A stretch of 64,000 bases of DNA from Okamejei kenojei (Eukaryota), in NCBI GenBank assembly GCA_035221665.1, contig CM069137.1, positions 79,050,001 to 79,114,000 on the forward strand, in the 5' to 3' direction. The position numbers were made by a program, and so were the translations under genes. The stretch's first letter is position 1; every line of letters begins with the position of its first letter. Below are positions 11,514-24,241 of the stretch, piece after piece. The notes under the pieces are model-generated. The model had not been told where the DNA came from. It saw only the letters and a list, made by a program, of their open reading frames with translations, and did no database searches.

Positions 11514-12794
11514 ATGTCTGTCCCCGAATTAGGGGTTATTTGTTGTTTATTTGATTAATAAATTGTGTTGATTTTTCAGCCAGTTTCGATTGAACTCCAT
11601 TAACAGCCTTCCTCCATCAGAATGGCGGCAGTGTGATAAGCATGGACGTTGTCCAGGGTGTGAAATCACAGAGCTTTGAAATCTTCACGAAGTCACTCAC
11701 GTGACTCCGAAGTAAAATAGTAAGATTAAACGAGAACTTACCAAGTTTGAAGGTTGATCTGTATTTTACGAGGAGTCGCGGTGAGGGATTTCGTGCCCAC
11801 CGCTCCCACCCTCTATCATAAGGTCAACCAGGTAGTTCTACGTTTTCATCTTGCTATTTTTTAGTCATGATTTGTTTTCTGTGATTCCACACCGCTGCTT
11901 TGAAGGATGCCGCGCATGCGTGCTGGCGGGGTCTTCACGAAATCCCTCACCGCGACTCCTCGTAAAATACAGATCAACCTTCAAACTTGGTAAGTTCTCG
12001 TTTAATCTTACTATTTTTATGCACACATTTCTTCCACCGTCTCCCACCACCCAGCGGGCCTCCTTCCCTTACCTCCATATGCCATCTCCCATCCCCATCC
12101 CATATTTCTCTTTTATCTCCATCTTTCATTGTTTTATCTGGGGCATATGACAATAAAACATTCTTGACTTGACTCTTCAATATTGAGAAATGAGGAGAAA
12201 CAGGGAAATCTTGGAATGTATGCCCACAGATCCTCAAAGGTTGTAGAACAGATCGATAAGGTGGTTTAAAATGCGTAGAGGGTGTTTTTCTTCATTCACT
12301 GGGGCATAGCCAGTGTAAAAGCCAGAAGATTGTTGTTAAAATATTCAGGACCATTAACATTTAAACATAAATCTCTAGTTGATGGGTCTTGAAATTTTGT
12401 TACGACAAATTTGGTAATTAATTTCAAAATATTTCTTGATTTCAGAATAAGAAAACATCCAGTTAATGGCATAAAAGTAGGACATTTTGTGGTGAAAGTT
12501 ATTTTTACTCGAGTTATGTAATAGAAATAAAATCTATCTGCGACCAACTGTGCTGCTATGTTGCTGCTCTAGTCTCATTTTCTCTAAACTCTAGAGATGA
12601 GTGTGTGAGGTGCAAGTTGAACCAGGTTGAAGCATAATGCACACAGAAAATGTCCCTTCAATTCCCTACTGGGCAAAGGACAAGTGCTTTTCACAATTAA
12701 ACACACGGGAACAGAAAATAAATCATCAAAAATTAGTGTAAAACTATTCCATGGATTTAGGAGATACAAGGATTCCAAGGATTTAGGATTTAGT

Positions 12795-12897
12795 GTCAGT
12801 CTGAAGAAGGCTCTTGACCCGAAACATCACCCATTCCTTCTCTCCAGAGATGTTGCCTGTCCCGCTGAGTTACTCCAGCATTTTGAATCTATCTTCA
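12795..12897 (+). repeat. Penelope-derived terminal repeat with hammerhead-like core
   Basis: ctgaagaaggctcttgacccgaaacatcacc followed by the family body cctgtcccgctgagttactccagca. Confidence 0.7.
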
Positions 12898-13549
12898 GGG
12901 AAATAAAATTTACAGTTTTTCAAGCCTGGTTAAGATTCTATGCAACGAGCCATTGCATTCGTGAAGAGCTACTTCTGGAGAGTATTAATAAAGCCCAGAG
13001 AGCAAAATGGTCCAGGTCTCCCACAGTTAGATAATTGTCTGGCAACTCAGTAGTTAAACTTGGTCCCAGCTTCTGTACCAATCACATAGTCACTTACTGT
13101 GAGAGATTTAGCATCAACTAGTTAAAGATTACATTTACTGACATCATCACATCATCAAAGCATATGACGTGCTCTTCCTGGAAAATTAAGCAATGGTCTT
13201 GATGGTTCATTAGTAAAACTAATCTCTGTCTGGTGACCAGGATCAAGGCAATTACAATCAACCAGCATGTAAAGATCCATTGAAGCATTAAATTCAAATT
13301 CCACAAAAATTAAACTTTATTGTGGCGCTTTCAGAGTATGCTTCACCCAAAACACCACGTCTGCTTGCCCTTTGCATCCAAGCCCATCTCCACTCTGTGT
13401 TGTGTTTTTAATCATTAACAAACTATTGCATTCTCCAATCTAGATAGTCTGTAGTTACTTTCATACAGGAGAAACTGTATTTAATTGCTTGTAGAATAAT
13501 TTAATTTAATCTATTTTATGTACAAGAATATGTAGGTTGTTTGCATAGC

Positions 13550-13658
13550 GGGGTGGGAGATTGTAACCTTCACGTGGTCCGCCCTGTTTCAACGAATCCA
13601 ATCAACCTGGCGTGTCCTACAACTTTAGGCTGTGCACGCTATACGCAAGAAGAAGAAG
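13550..13658 (+). mobile_element. 109-bp non-LTR retroelement 3' fragment with (GAA)n tail
   Basis: Flanked by a perfect 10-bp TSD tttgcatagc (13540-13549 and 13659-13668). Family not identified. Confidence 0.75.
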
Positions 13659-13899
13659 TTTGCATAGCTCTATACGGTACAGACAAAGACGGCTATACAT
13701 TTGCTATTTGCCATTTAATGTTAGCTAATGACAATGGAGGTGATACTTATGTTGATGCCATTGACTTAATGCAGATGGAAGCAGTCATGTGCAGAACTGG
13801 ACAACAGACAATAACAAATCATCAGTTTTATTTTGCACGCAGCTCAATTTACCTTAAATGAAAAAGAAAATCAGGGAAGTAAAAATGCTGAAAAAAAGA

Positions 13900-15055
13900 C
13901 GAAGTGCTGGAGTAACTCAGGCAGCAATTGTGGAGAATATGATAGGTGACATTTCGGTTGGTACCTTTCTGTCCGAAGAATCAATCAGTCTGAATAAGGG
14001 ACCCAACCCGAAACGTCACCTATCCATGTTCTCCCGGGACGCCATGTGACAATAGACAATAGACAATAGGTGCAGGAGTAGGCCATTCGGCCCTTCGAGC
14101 CTGCACTGCCATTCAATGTGATCTTGGCTGATCATCCCCAATCAGTACCCCGTTCCTGCCTTCTCCCCTTATCCCCTGACTCCGCTATTTTTAAGAGCCC
14201 TATCTAGCTCTCTCTTGAAAGCATCCAGAGAACCTGCCTCCACCGCCCTCTGAGGCAGAGAATTCCACAGACTCACCACTCTCTGTGAGAAAAGTGTTTC
14301 CTCGTCTCCGTTCTAAATGGCTTACTCCTTATTCTTAAACTGTGGCCCCTGGTTCTGGACTCCCCCAACATCAGGAACATGTTTCCTGCCTCTAACGTGT
14401 CCAAGCCCTGAACAATCTTATATGTTTCAATGAGATCTCCTCTCATCCTTCTAAACTCCAGAGTGTACAAGCCCAGCTGCTCCATTCTCTCAGCATATGA
14501 CAGTCCCGCCATCCCGGGATTAACCTTGTAAACATACGCTGCACTCCCGCAATAGCAAGAATGTCCTTCCTCAAATTAGGGGACCAAAACTGCACACAAT
14601 ACTCCAGGTGTGGTCTCACTAGGGCTCTGTACAACTGCAGAAGGACCTCTTTGCTCCTATATTCGATTACTCTTGTTATAAAGGCCAACATGCAATTCGC
14701 TTTCTTCACTGCCTGCTGTACCTGCATGCTTACTTTCATAGACTGATGTACAAGGACCCCCAGATCCCGTTGTACTTCCCCTTTTCCCAACTTGACGCCA
14801 TTTAGATAGTAATCTGCCTTCCTGTTTTTGCTACCAAAGTGGATAACCTCACATTTATCCGCATTAAACTTCATCTGCCATGCATCTGCCCACTCCCCCA
14901 ACCTGTCCAAGTCACCCTGCACTCTCATAGCATCCTCCTCACAGTTCACACTGCCACCCAGCTTTGTGTCATCTGCAAATTTGCTAATGACCTGCTCAGT
15001 TACTCCAGCACTTTGTATGCTTTTCTCAGTGAGCCAGCATCTGCAGTTCCTTGCT
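13900..15055. repeat. Inverted pair of Penelope-derived repeats interrupted by a CR1
   Basis: Minus copy 13903-13970; plus copy starts at 13988 and resumes at 14988-15055 after the CR1. Confidence 0.7.
14047..14988 (-). mobile_element. 5'-truncated CR1 LINE with (GACAATA)n tail
   Basis: LGEWADAWQMKFNADKCEVIHFG...LVRPHLEYCVQFWSP; little divergence from a typical CR1 ORF2. Confidence 0.92.
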
Positions 15056-15552
15056 TCTAGGTTAAAATGCTGATTTCCCTACAGCCCAATTAGGGTTACC
15101 ACTGATATCTTGAGGTTAGATAAGACTCCTTCCATGGTTCCCACCCCCCTGCCAAACTAAGTTGAACTTTCCCCAGTAACACAGGACGATGAGGTCTAGT
15201 AATCCCGACATTATTATGTTCAAGGACTAACTTTTTAATCACTTTCCTGGCGCTGTAAAATCTGCTTGCATGGCCTTGCCCTTATCTTTCCTTACCTTCA
15301 CGGCTCGTAACATATATGTCAGAAATTAGACAATGGAAATCTCACAAGCTACTCACCAGTCAGCTGCCTGTTATAATTTTTCAAACTCTTTCAAACCCTT
15401 GTCTTTTACTCAGTTAACACTGATAACTTCACAGATTAAAGTGGGATAGATACCTTAAATTCTGGATGTTCGCTGGAGTAATAACCAGAAACCTTAAAAG
15501 ATTAATGTTTGTATTGACGGCACAATTAGATTCCAAAATGAGCTCCACGCAC

Positions 15553-15741
15553 CTTGAATTGCCAGCTCTTTCCATTTTTCTTTATTTTGCTGAATTATGT
15601 CCATCCAGTTCAACTTAAAGCATTTGAGGTCCACTGTAGATACCAAATACTCTGTGGAACAGCCTCCATCTGATGCAAAGCTCCTTACGCTGTGCCTTCG
15701 GGTTGAGTCTGGAGTTGGTTGCTACTCCAATATTGGTAAGA
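15553..15741 (-). CDS. PDE1A: PDE1A exon (189 nt as assembled, with an apparent +1 frameshift): LTNIGVAT / TPDSTRRHSVRSFASDGGCSTEYLVSTVDLKCFKLNWMDIIQQNKEKWKELAIQ
   Basis: Acceptor ttttgttaaag, donor gtgcgt. The 3' part matches recalled PDE1A VDLKSFKNNLVDIIQQNKERWKELAAQ, but that frame is offset by one base from the phase-2 entry frame. Confidence 0.85.
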
Positions 15742-16249
15742 CTTTAACAAAACCAAAAGATATTTGTGTTAATTGTCCAGACAAAGAAAATGTTTAAATC
15801 TTAGGTCATTATTTAACAAGGGTGTCCAAAGTAGTCTAAAATAAGGTCATAAGGTCATAAGTAATATGAGCAGAATTAGGCCATTCGGCCCATCAAGTCT
15901 ACACCGCCATTCAATTGTGGCTGATGTATGTCTCCCTCCTAACCCCATTCTCCTGCCTTCTCCCCCAAACCCCTGACAATCATACTAATCTGGTAACCCG
16001 TGCTAAAATAGGGAGTATTAAAAGTGGGCAAAAAGTGTTGGAATAATTCAGCAAGACAGGTAGCATCTCTAGAGAATGTCAGAAGAAGGGTCCCGACCCA
16101 AAACATCATCTATCCATCCATGCTCCAGTGATGCTGCCTGACCTGCTGAATTACTCCAGCACCTAGTGTCCTTTTTGTAACTCCAGCATCTGCAGTTCCT
16201 TATATCCACAATGTTAAAAGTGGGTTGAGTATACAATTAGCTTCTGTAA

Positions 16250-16620
16250 TGACCCAATGGTTTGAACATTGATTTCGCAAATTTCAAGGAACCCCGTCAT
16301 TCCTTCCCTCCCCCCTCCCTCACCCTAGTTGTCCTACTAGTTCCACTGTTCGCATTCTTGTATCCCTTCATTATCACCTCTTACCCAACCAACAATGGGC
16401 CATTAAAGGCTCCATCCTTCCTTGGTCATCTGTTGTCAGCTCTGCTTTGCTCTGACCTTCTCCCACCTCCAGTTCCCCTCCTCTACTTTCAGCCTGAAGA
16501 AGCATCCCGACCTGAAACGTCACCAATCCTTTTTCTCAATGATGCTGCCTGACCCTCTGAGTTACACCAGCACTTTGTGTCTATCTTCAGTATATTCCAG
16601 CACCTGCAGTTCCTTTCTAC
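16250..16620 (+). mobile_element. Penelope-like element 3' end (GIY-YIG C-terminus plus terminal repeat with hammerhead core)
   Basis: PNGLNIDFANFK end of the endonuclease; ctgaagaagcatcccgacctgaaacgtcacc at 16494-16524. Confidence 0.7.
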
Positions 16621-17957
16621 ACAAGGGATATACCTATGTAATCTGATCTACATATTTCTAAATGTTATAGATGACAACATGGCTAGGAGTGACTTCTTAA
16701 AGTCTAGCCTAAATTTTAGCAATTTTAAAGCTAAACATGAGAAAAGGCCTTGTCCTCTTTGGTCATAAAGTTGTTTTTGAAGTTTTTGTTTTAAGTTTCA
16801 AAACAAAACTGCAGATGCTGGAGATCTGAAATAGAAAATGCTGAGGATATTCAATATTTCTGGCAGAATCTATGGAGAGAGAGAAAGATCAATTTAATGG
16901 GTCAGATCAACAAACTTTCATTGGAACAGATGGGAAGTGGCAGCTTGAACCAGGAACAAAATATCCTCACATTGAGAGCCAGTGGGACTTAAAGCCAGGA
17001 GGTTGTGGAGTGTGGGTGGGGAATGGTCGGGGTGGTCAGGGATAAAGGCACACGGTGAGCAGCTCCCCAGAGAGCTGACTACCCAGCAGCCAACCCTTTA
17101 CTTCTGGGTCATGCACTGTAAATGCTTCTCTGTACAGGCCACCCAGGGACAGTCAAACATCTCAGCCTTTCACACAACATCTGGACCCACAAAGACGATT
17201 GAAATGGTGATCAGAGAGTACAGAGCAGAGAGTGCTGCGATCTCTCTGCTCAGCTCCAGCTCTGTGACTGTTGACTAAGTCATGAGTGCACTCGAATCTG
17301 CCAGCTCTTTCTCTGGTCTCCCTGGCATGACGTGGCTCTGCTCCTGTGATCTGCCAAGCTCTGACCTTTGTCACCTCTGTGCATTATACCCCATCTGGTC
17401 TTAGTGCTTCCTGACTATCCCAGCGACCCATTCCTCCCCATCTGCCAACTCTATTGTGCTCTGTTTCCCATCTGCTTCTGAAATCTCCTGAGAGTCTGTC
17501 TGCTTCTGTCTTGGTCCATATAAGGCTGAATCACACTTCTTCACCATGTCCTGTGCAAGATTGGAAACATTAAGCTCGACCAACCTTTCATAATGTGCAT
17601 TTGGACAACTCTGAGGAAATATGGGATAACTTTCACATCTGACATTACAATCCTAGGCAGCTAAACCAGGAAAAAAAAACACATGTATCGGGCAATTCCA
17701 AAATTAATTGTAGGAAGCTGCAATATAATTGTAATATCAAGGTTAGAAATACTGCATCATTATTATCCAGAAAACTCCACAGTGTAACACTAGATGGTGC
17801 TACATCATAAATTACAGAAACCTCCTCAAAATACTATCCGAAGTTAAAAATCTCAGTGATAACATTTACATTTTAACCTTCCATGGTTATCTCGATCAAG
17901 AAAGAATGATGCCATTAGGCACATTGTTACTCCTCAATTAATTTTGGTACTTATAGA

Positions 17958-18345
17958 TCCTGGGTGTGCATACCTCAGAAGATCTATCTTGGACCCAGCA
18001 CATTGATGCAATCATAAAGGAAGCCCATCGACACCTCTACTTCCTTAGAAGATGGAGGAAATTTGGTATGTCGATAAATAATCTCTTGAGCTTCTGCAGG
18101 TGCACAGTAGAGAGTATATTGACTGGTTTGGTTCCGCAACCGAATGCTCAGGAACAAAGAAGATTACAAAAAGCGGTGAACACAACCCAGTCCTTCACGG
18201 GTACTGACCTCCCTACCATCAAAGAGATCTATAGTAGCAGCCTCAAAAAGGCAGCCAGCATCATCAGAGACCCACACCACCCTGGCCATGCTCTCATTTC
18301 ACTCCTGCCATCGGGAAGAAGGTGTTGGAGCCTGAAAATGGTCAC
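17958..18345 (+). mobile_element. L2/Rex-Babar-type LINE RT C-terminal fragment
   Basis: LGVHTSEDLSWTQHIDAIIKEAHRHLYFLRRWRKFG...DPHHPGHALISLLPSGRR. Confidence 0.85.
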
Positions 18346-18353
18346 TGTATATA

Positions 18354-18454
18354 CAGTGCATTCAGAAAATATTCAGACCACTTTTTCCACATCTTGTTTC
18401 ATTACAGCCTTATTTTAAACTGGATTAAATTCATGTTTTTAAATCATCAATCTA
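18354..18454 (+). mobile_element. Tc1-family transposon terminal inverted repeat fragment
   Basis: TA followed by cagtgcattcagaaaatattcagacc...ttacagccttattt..ggattaaatt; resembles fish Tc1 TIRs (recalled). Confidence 0.7.
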
Positions 18455-20009
18455 GTGTGTAAAGGGTGTTGAGAACGTGGGATATTATAGAACCAGGGTG
18501 AACAGATTGATGGCCAGCATGGAATCGGTGGGCCGAAGGGCCTGTTTCCTTGTTGTATCTCTAAAGTAGCTGCATTGTTTTCAGAACACTGGAGTGTGCA
18601 AGGAAGCTTGATAAAGGTACTTAAAATCGGGAGGGGTGCAGAGAAAGCTGTTGGGGAGAAACAGCTCTCATTGGTACAGGCATGAAGAAATAATGGACAA
18701 AGAATGAAGGTGATTGACTAAAGAATCAAAAGTGACATGAAGAAATGTCCTTTTGTACGATGGGTTTCTGGAATGCACTTTATGTGACAAAGTTGATTGA
18801 CTGAATGATTGCCTTGGAGTTGTGCTCTTGTGATTATTGGCAGCAGGGGCAAGTAACAAGACCAGCATAACGGCGAAAACAGTTACAATGCCCGCGTCAT
18901 TGTGTCTAACAACCAGCGTTTCAACTGCTCTGTGGCATGTGAGTCCTCCACTCAAAGTCTGAGTGTCACAGAGGAAGCTCATCTGACTGCTGTGAAATGC
19001 AAACTGCTGCCATTGTAGTTTTAACTATCAGTGTTCAAAGCAGCTCCAGCATTTCACAACCTTTCAGCATCAAGTCCTTCAGTCGCTGGAAGATGAAAAC
19101 GACAGTGGCCCCAAGGCAGTCTGGCAGAGTCCTCCTCATAGATCAATGTGAGTCTATGTGAGTCGAGAGTGGGGTCGCAAAGCAGGGCTCTAAATGGCTG
19201 GGGAGACAGTGGGGGCAGGGGATGAATCAGCAGGTCATTCCATTCACACAGTTTACATTTTATATTTGTTTTCTTGTTCTTAAAATCAGTGGATATTTTT
19301 AAGGCAGAGAGAGATCGATTCTTGATTAGTATGGGTGTCAGAGGTAATGGGGAGAAGGCAGGAGAATGGGGTTAGGAGGGAGAGATAGATCGGCCATGAT
19401 TGAATGGCAGAGTAGGCTTGATGGGCCAAATGGCCTAATTCTACTATTCCTTATGACCTTATTAAGTTTCTGGCACTCCATGGTGCTTTGGAGATACGGG
19501 AGGGATGTCATTAGTGGGCCAGGGGTTTATTGTCGTTTCATTATTACGTGACCTCTGTTGGTCCAGAAAAATAGATAATCCAGAAAGGGTCTGGAACTGA
19601 GGATGCCGGATAAACGGAGTTCTACCTGTATATTTTCTCCCTGCATATTATGAGATGCAATCTAGTTTGACTCTTCTGTGCAGTATTAAGGAAGAACTAC
19701 ACTGACGTCTGCACTGCCCACACACATTCATTGCTCTTCTTCAAATAGGGGCATGGGAAGATTTAATTAAAATTAATTTAATTAAAAATAAAGCACAAGA
19801 GCTTTTCTGGTATCCTGACCAAAACCTCTATCACATCCAACACCAGATTAATTAATCATTTAACTCATTCCTCTTTCTTGAAGATACTCAGAGCAGCACA
19901 GAGGCACAGCGGTAGAGCTGCTGCCTCACAGTGTTCCAGATCCGGGTTCGATCCTGACCTTGGGTGTTATCTATGTGGAGTTTGCACGGTCTCTATGTGA
20001 CCGCATGGG

Positions 20010-20742
20010 CAGTGCCAGCCTTAAGCCAATTAGACCAATTGCTCCCAATTGGGCCCTGCGCCTGAGGGGGCCCCGCACTAGGCTGGTGGGCAACACACTC
20101 TATCCCCTCAGCAGCGACCCCAGTAGGTGGAATTCCTCACCGACAACAACACAGCCCCGCTGTTGACTCTCAATGCTGTCACCACTTTCCGGGATACTAT
20201 TCCCGTATCCCTTTCTGCACACACACTTACCGGGATTTTACACCCGGGACACGGGGGACCTGTTACTACAACTTTACTTCAGACAGTTACAGTGCACCCG
20301 CCAGTGGATGTGTACACACGCCTGATGTGTACACACGCCTGATGTTACCAGGATAGTCACTGACTGAGCAGCTGACTCTTATCTGGAATTAGTCAGTCAA
20401 GGTGCATCTGAAGCAAACAGTGCCGTCCGCTCCCAAAGGCAGCAGTTACCAAATGGAATAGCATTTGATTTACGGCACACACTCACATGCATAAACTTAT
20501 GGACACAATAGTTCCTTCATTGTTACGTCTACCAAGGTACAGTGAAATTATTTTGCATAGAGATCAGTGCAATTATTGCTGCACCCAAGTACACTGCCCG
20601 GTTAGCACATAATGCACAGAACCAGGAGTCGCCAGGTGTTGCCGTTATTTCACTATCCCAACTGCAGGTGGCTATGAAGGCCTGTTGTAGCCATCGTATC
20701 AACAGAAACATCACGTCCCCTTACTCTCCCCATTCGCACACA

Positions 20743-20822
<80 letters not shown>

Positions 20823-21403
20823 AATACAGGACCCAATGGTAAGCCACGGCTGCGATTGGTACGTATAGTAACTAACAAGTGTGTCGGAAAAACAGTGGTC
20901 AATATCAGCTTGACAAGGCTGAAGCTTGAGATGCTGCCGGGAGCAGTCATGCGGCGAAAGCTTGGCGGCAGTGACAGCAGGTCACATTCCCCGCTCCCCC
21001 CTATTACCAACCTTGGGGCCTTCCGATTCCCGCCCTTCATTCCCACCCATCGGGAGGGAGCAGTACAGGGACGACATTCTCCCTTACCACAGACTGAAAC
21101 ATTGATTGCAAGGAGCTGGTTGCAACCGCAGAGCCCATACAGAATATTAGTAAACCTTCGATAAATAACACGTGGAATAATGCAGTTTAATGGTAATTAG
21201 CAGCTACGGTAAAGATTGGAAGCCAGCGGAGGTACTGACAGTCAGACGAGTGCAGGAGAGATTACGACAGTGTATAATCATTCGCACCTTAGTGTACAAT
21301 TTCATAATATACACTAAATAACAGGGCTGACAGACCTTGGCTGGGAACCTGAGGCTCACCAAAATTGTTCCCAATTGGGCCCCGCACTTCCTAAGCACTC
21401 CTG
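20010..21403. mobile_element. Non-autonomous hAT-like DNA transposon
   Basis: Perfect 8-bp TSD cgcatggg (20002-20009 and 21404-21411); CAG...CTG ends; subterminal motif cccaattgggccc at both ends. Confidence 0.8.
20747..20815. repeat. (GT)n microsatellite
   Basis: About 34 uninterrupted units. Confidence 0.98.
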
Positions 21404-21652
21404 CGCATGGGTTTCCCAAAGACGTGCGGGTTTGTGGGTTAATTGGCCTTGGTTAATTGCCCCTAGTGTGTAGTGGGATAACTAGTGTGTAGTGGGATAA
21501 CTAGTGTCGGTGCTGGCTCAAAGGGCTGAATAGCCTACTCCTACACCTATTGTCTATTAATGAGTGATCAATGGTCGGCGTGGGCTCAGTGGCCTGAAGG
21601 GCCTGTTTCTAAGCAGTATCTTTAAACTTAATTAAACTAAACTAAATAACAT

Positions 21653-21940
21653 AGTTTAGTTTAAAGATACCGCATGGAAACAGCCCCTTCGGCCCATCGA
21701 GTCCACACTAACCAACGATCCCTGCAGATTAACACTATCCTACACACACTAGGGAAAATATTACATTTATACCAAGCCATGTCTTTGGAGTGTGGAAGGA
21801 AACCGAAGATCTTGGAGAAAATCCACGCAGGTCACGGGGAGAACATACAAACTCCGTACAGACAAGCACCGGTAGTCAGGCTCGAACCCGGGTCTCTGGC
21901 GATGTAAGGTAGCAACTTTACCACTGCACCACCATGCCAT
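21653..21940 (-). mobile_element. HE1-like SINE, tail-to-tail with the previous copy
   Basis: Full head, central domain and tail in reverse orientation. Confidence 0.85.
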
Positions 21941-22684
21941 GACGCTTCTTCAAAGCAAACATTAGTAGTGGAGCACTTTATGACATTCTTGGTATAAAAG
22001 GCATCATAGAAATACTAAACTTTCCCCTTCCATTCTATTGTATATCTATTCAGCTTTCAGCTATTTCTTGTATTTGTGAAACAAAACACGTAGTGCAAAA
22101 CTAGCTGCCCTGTCACCCTCAATGATTGCAGTGCCACGAGCAATACTCTGAAGGCAAAAGTTCACAGCAGTTGCAACGTTCTTTAAAATGGAATATGAAT
22201 TTTCATTTAGTAATGCACAAAGTGTTTTAAATCCCAAACCTTTCCACAGAGTTAAATGGATATCAAAACAACACCTGTATGGCACTGTAACAACTCAATG
22301 AGATGCTGGTGAATCACAGCAGAGTCTTGTAGCAATTACCATCATGAATGCATAAGGAGGAATTTTTGCCATGATGCACGACAAAAATCAGCATCAAGAT
22401 CTGAAAATAACCGTCAGCAGTTGTTGAAACTATTTACATTTGGCATTTTAAAATGTCCCGTTGATTTTCTTGCCTGCCTGTTCAGTTTATTGTGTGCAAT
22501 GTTTCAATGACCTGTGATAATGCGCATGTGATATGATTCTGTGAAATTGTCCATAGAATATTTCATCCAGTCTCTGCACAGTGAGACAAGAGAATAGTAA
22601 AGCCAAAATCACTTTGGTTAGGCTGCATTCAGAGAATTTGCTTCAGTCTGATCGCCCCATTCAGGAAGAATGTGGAGGCTTTAG

Positions 22685-22960
22685 AGTTTAGACGTTAGAG
22701 ATATAGCATGGAAACAGGCCCTTTGGCCCACGGTCCACCCCAACCTGTTAGTACACTAACACGATCCTACACATAAGGGACAATTTTACAATTTTACTGA
22801 ACCCAGTTAACCTACAAATCTGTACATCTATGCAGTGTAGGAGGAGCCATGGTCACGGGGAGAATGTACAAACTCCGTACGTTCAGCACCCTTTGTCAGG
22901 ATCGAACGTGGGTCTCTGGTGCTGTATGGCAACAACTCTACTGCTGCCCATCTGTGCCTT
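22685..22960 (-). mobile_element. HE1-like SINE nested in a CR1 fragment (22630-23170, plus strand)
   Basis: SINE tail and head; CR1 sequence ggaagaatgtggaggctt...ttggaaagggtgtagagaaggtttacc continues across it. Confidence 0.75.
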
Positions 22961-23579
22961 CCCTTTGGAAAGGGTGTAGAGAAGGTTTACCAGAAAGATG
23001 CTTGGATTTGATGATATTAGTTAGAAGGCGAGTTCGGACAGACTTGGATTGTTTTCTTTGGAATGTCAGACGTTAAGGGAAATCTCATACAAGTATATAA
23101 AATTATGAGAGGCATAGATGGAGTAGACAGTCCAAACCTTTTTCCCAGGATGCAAATATCAATGTGCTGCCAATGCTTTAAAAAAAATGAACAGCTTGTA
23201 TAGCTTTTTAAATATTTTATCTGCATTTATATGTTGCTGCATTCAAAGCATTGAACACGTTTGACTGCTGACTACGCTGTTAGAATGGCTTTGAGTAGCT
23301 GGAACTTGTCCTGTCCAGCCCCCCTACCATCACACAAGAACATTAATGGGGTAATGGTCAGTTTCTTTCCCCACATTCACACTGGGGAAACCAAATAGGA
23401 TAATTCCATAAGCTTTTCATTGGACGGTGGTACGTGCAAAGGCCTCAGCAATTTCTTCAAATTCTGGGCAAAAGTTACTCAATGCCCAAAGCAATGGAGG
23501 TTGGAAACTTTCACCAACGTTAACCATCATCATACTAGTGTGGCCAGAGTATTGGAACAGACCTGCCATGCTTGTTATG

Positions 23580-23850
23580 TAGAAACAAGGAACTGCAGGT
23601 GCTGGTTTACACAAAAAGACACAAAGCACTGGAGTAACTCAGTAGGTCCAGCAGCATGTCTGGAGAACATGGATAGGTGGTGCTCCGGGTCGGGACCCGT
23701 AATGTTACCTATCTATGTTCTCCAGAGATAAACACAAAATGTTTGAGTAACTCAGTGGGTCAGGCGCCATCTCTGGCGAAAAAGAATAGGTGACGTTTCG
23801 GGTCTGGACCCTTCTTCGGACCTTGACCCACTGAGTTACCGCAGCACTTA
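23580..23850. repeat. Cluster of Penelope-derived repeats including a minus-strand hammerhead-like core (23789-23820)
   Basis: Reverse complement reads ccgaagaagggtccagacccgaaacgtcacc. Confidence 0.7.
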
Positions 23851-24241
23851 ATTTTCTCCTGTTCTCCTGACATGCTCATTAGATTTCCTCTAAAGATCAG
23901 ATTGTATTGTCTGTCAAGAGATGTTTGATTTATTACCCTACATGGCCAATCAGCAGGAATAGATGGTGATTATGATTATCAGTGTAATAATTGTCATGAC
24001 TGGTAAGCTAAATATTATCAATCTCAATCGAATAAGTTCAGGACTATTCCAGCTTTTAATTCTGTCCTTGGTATACATAACAATGAGCAAAAACATCATA
24101 GAGAAATGGATGATATTTACACCAACTAAAATGGAGCAAAGAAAGGATGTTGCTCAAATTCCTTCATCCTAATTTCAAATGTTGTCGCATCAAAACACAA
24201 ACAATAGCAATAAATCCTTGTTAAAAAAGTATTACACTAAC

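Larger units (their letters stand above)
6610..12017 (+). mobile_element. DIRS1-like tyrosine-recombinase retrotransposon, full length but inactivated
   Basis: Left ITR 6611-6671; right ITR 11907-11941 plus right extension to 12013. ICR 11682-11795 is complementary to both outer ends (78/78 nt with the right end). Encodes gag-like, RT, RNase H, MT and YR domains. Confidence 0.95.
19905..21645 (+). mobile_element. HE1-like SINE split by a hAT element
   Basis: 5' half 19905-20009 (A and B boxes); 3' half 21404-21645. Confidence 0.8.

Noticed and set aside
13113-13260. Possible terminal PDE1A exon
   Set aside because: Weak acceptor and no recognisable homology.
17160-17615. Protein-looking minus-strand stretch (ORF 17401-17583) with a good acceptor at ~17612
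   Set aside because: Phase does not fit the upstream exon, stops interrupt it, and I recognise no homology.
20542-21164. ORFs with VCVC or HTHT runs
   Set aside because: Artefacts of the (GT)n microsatellite.
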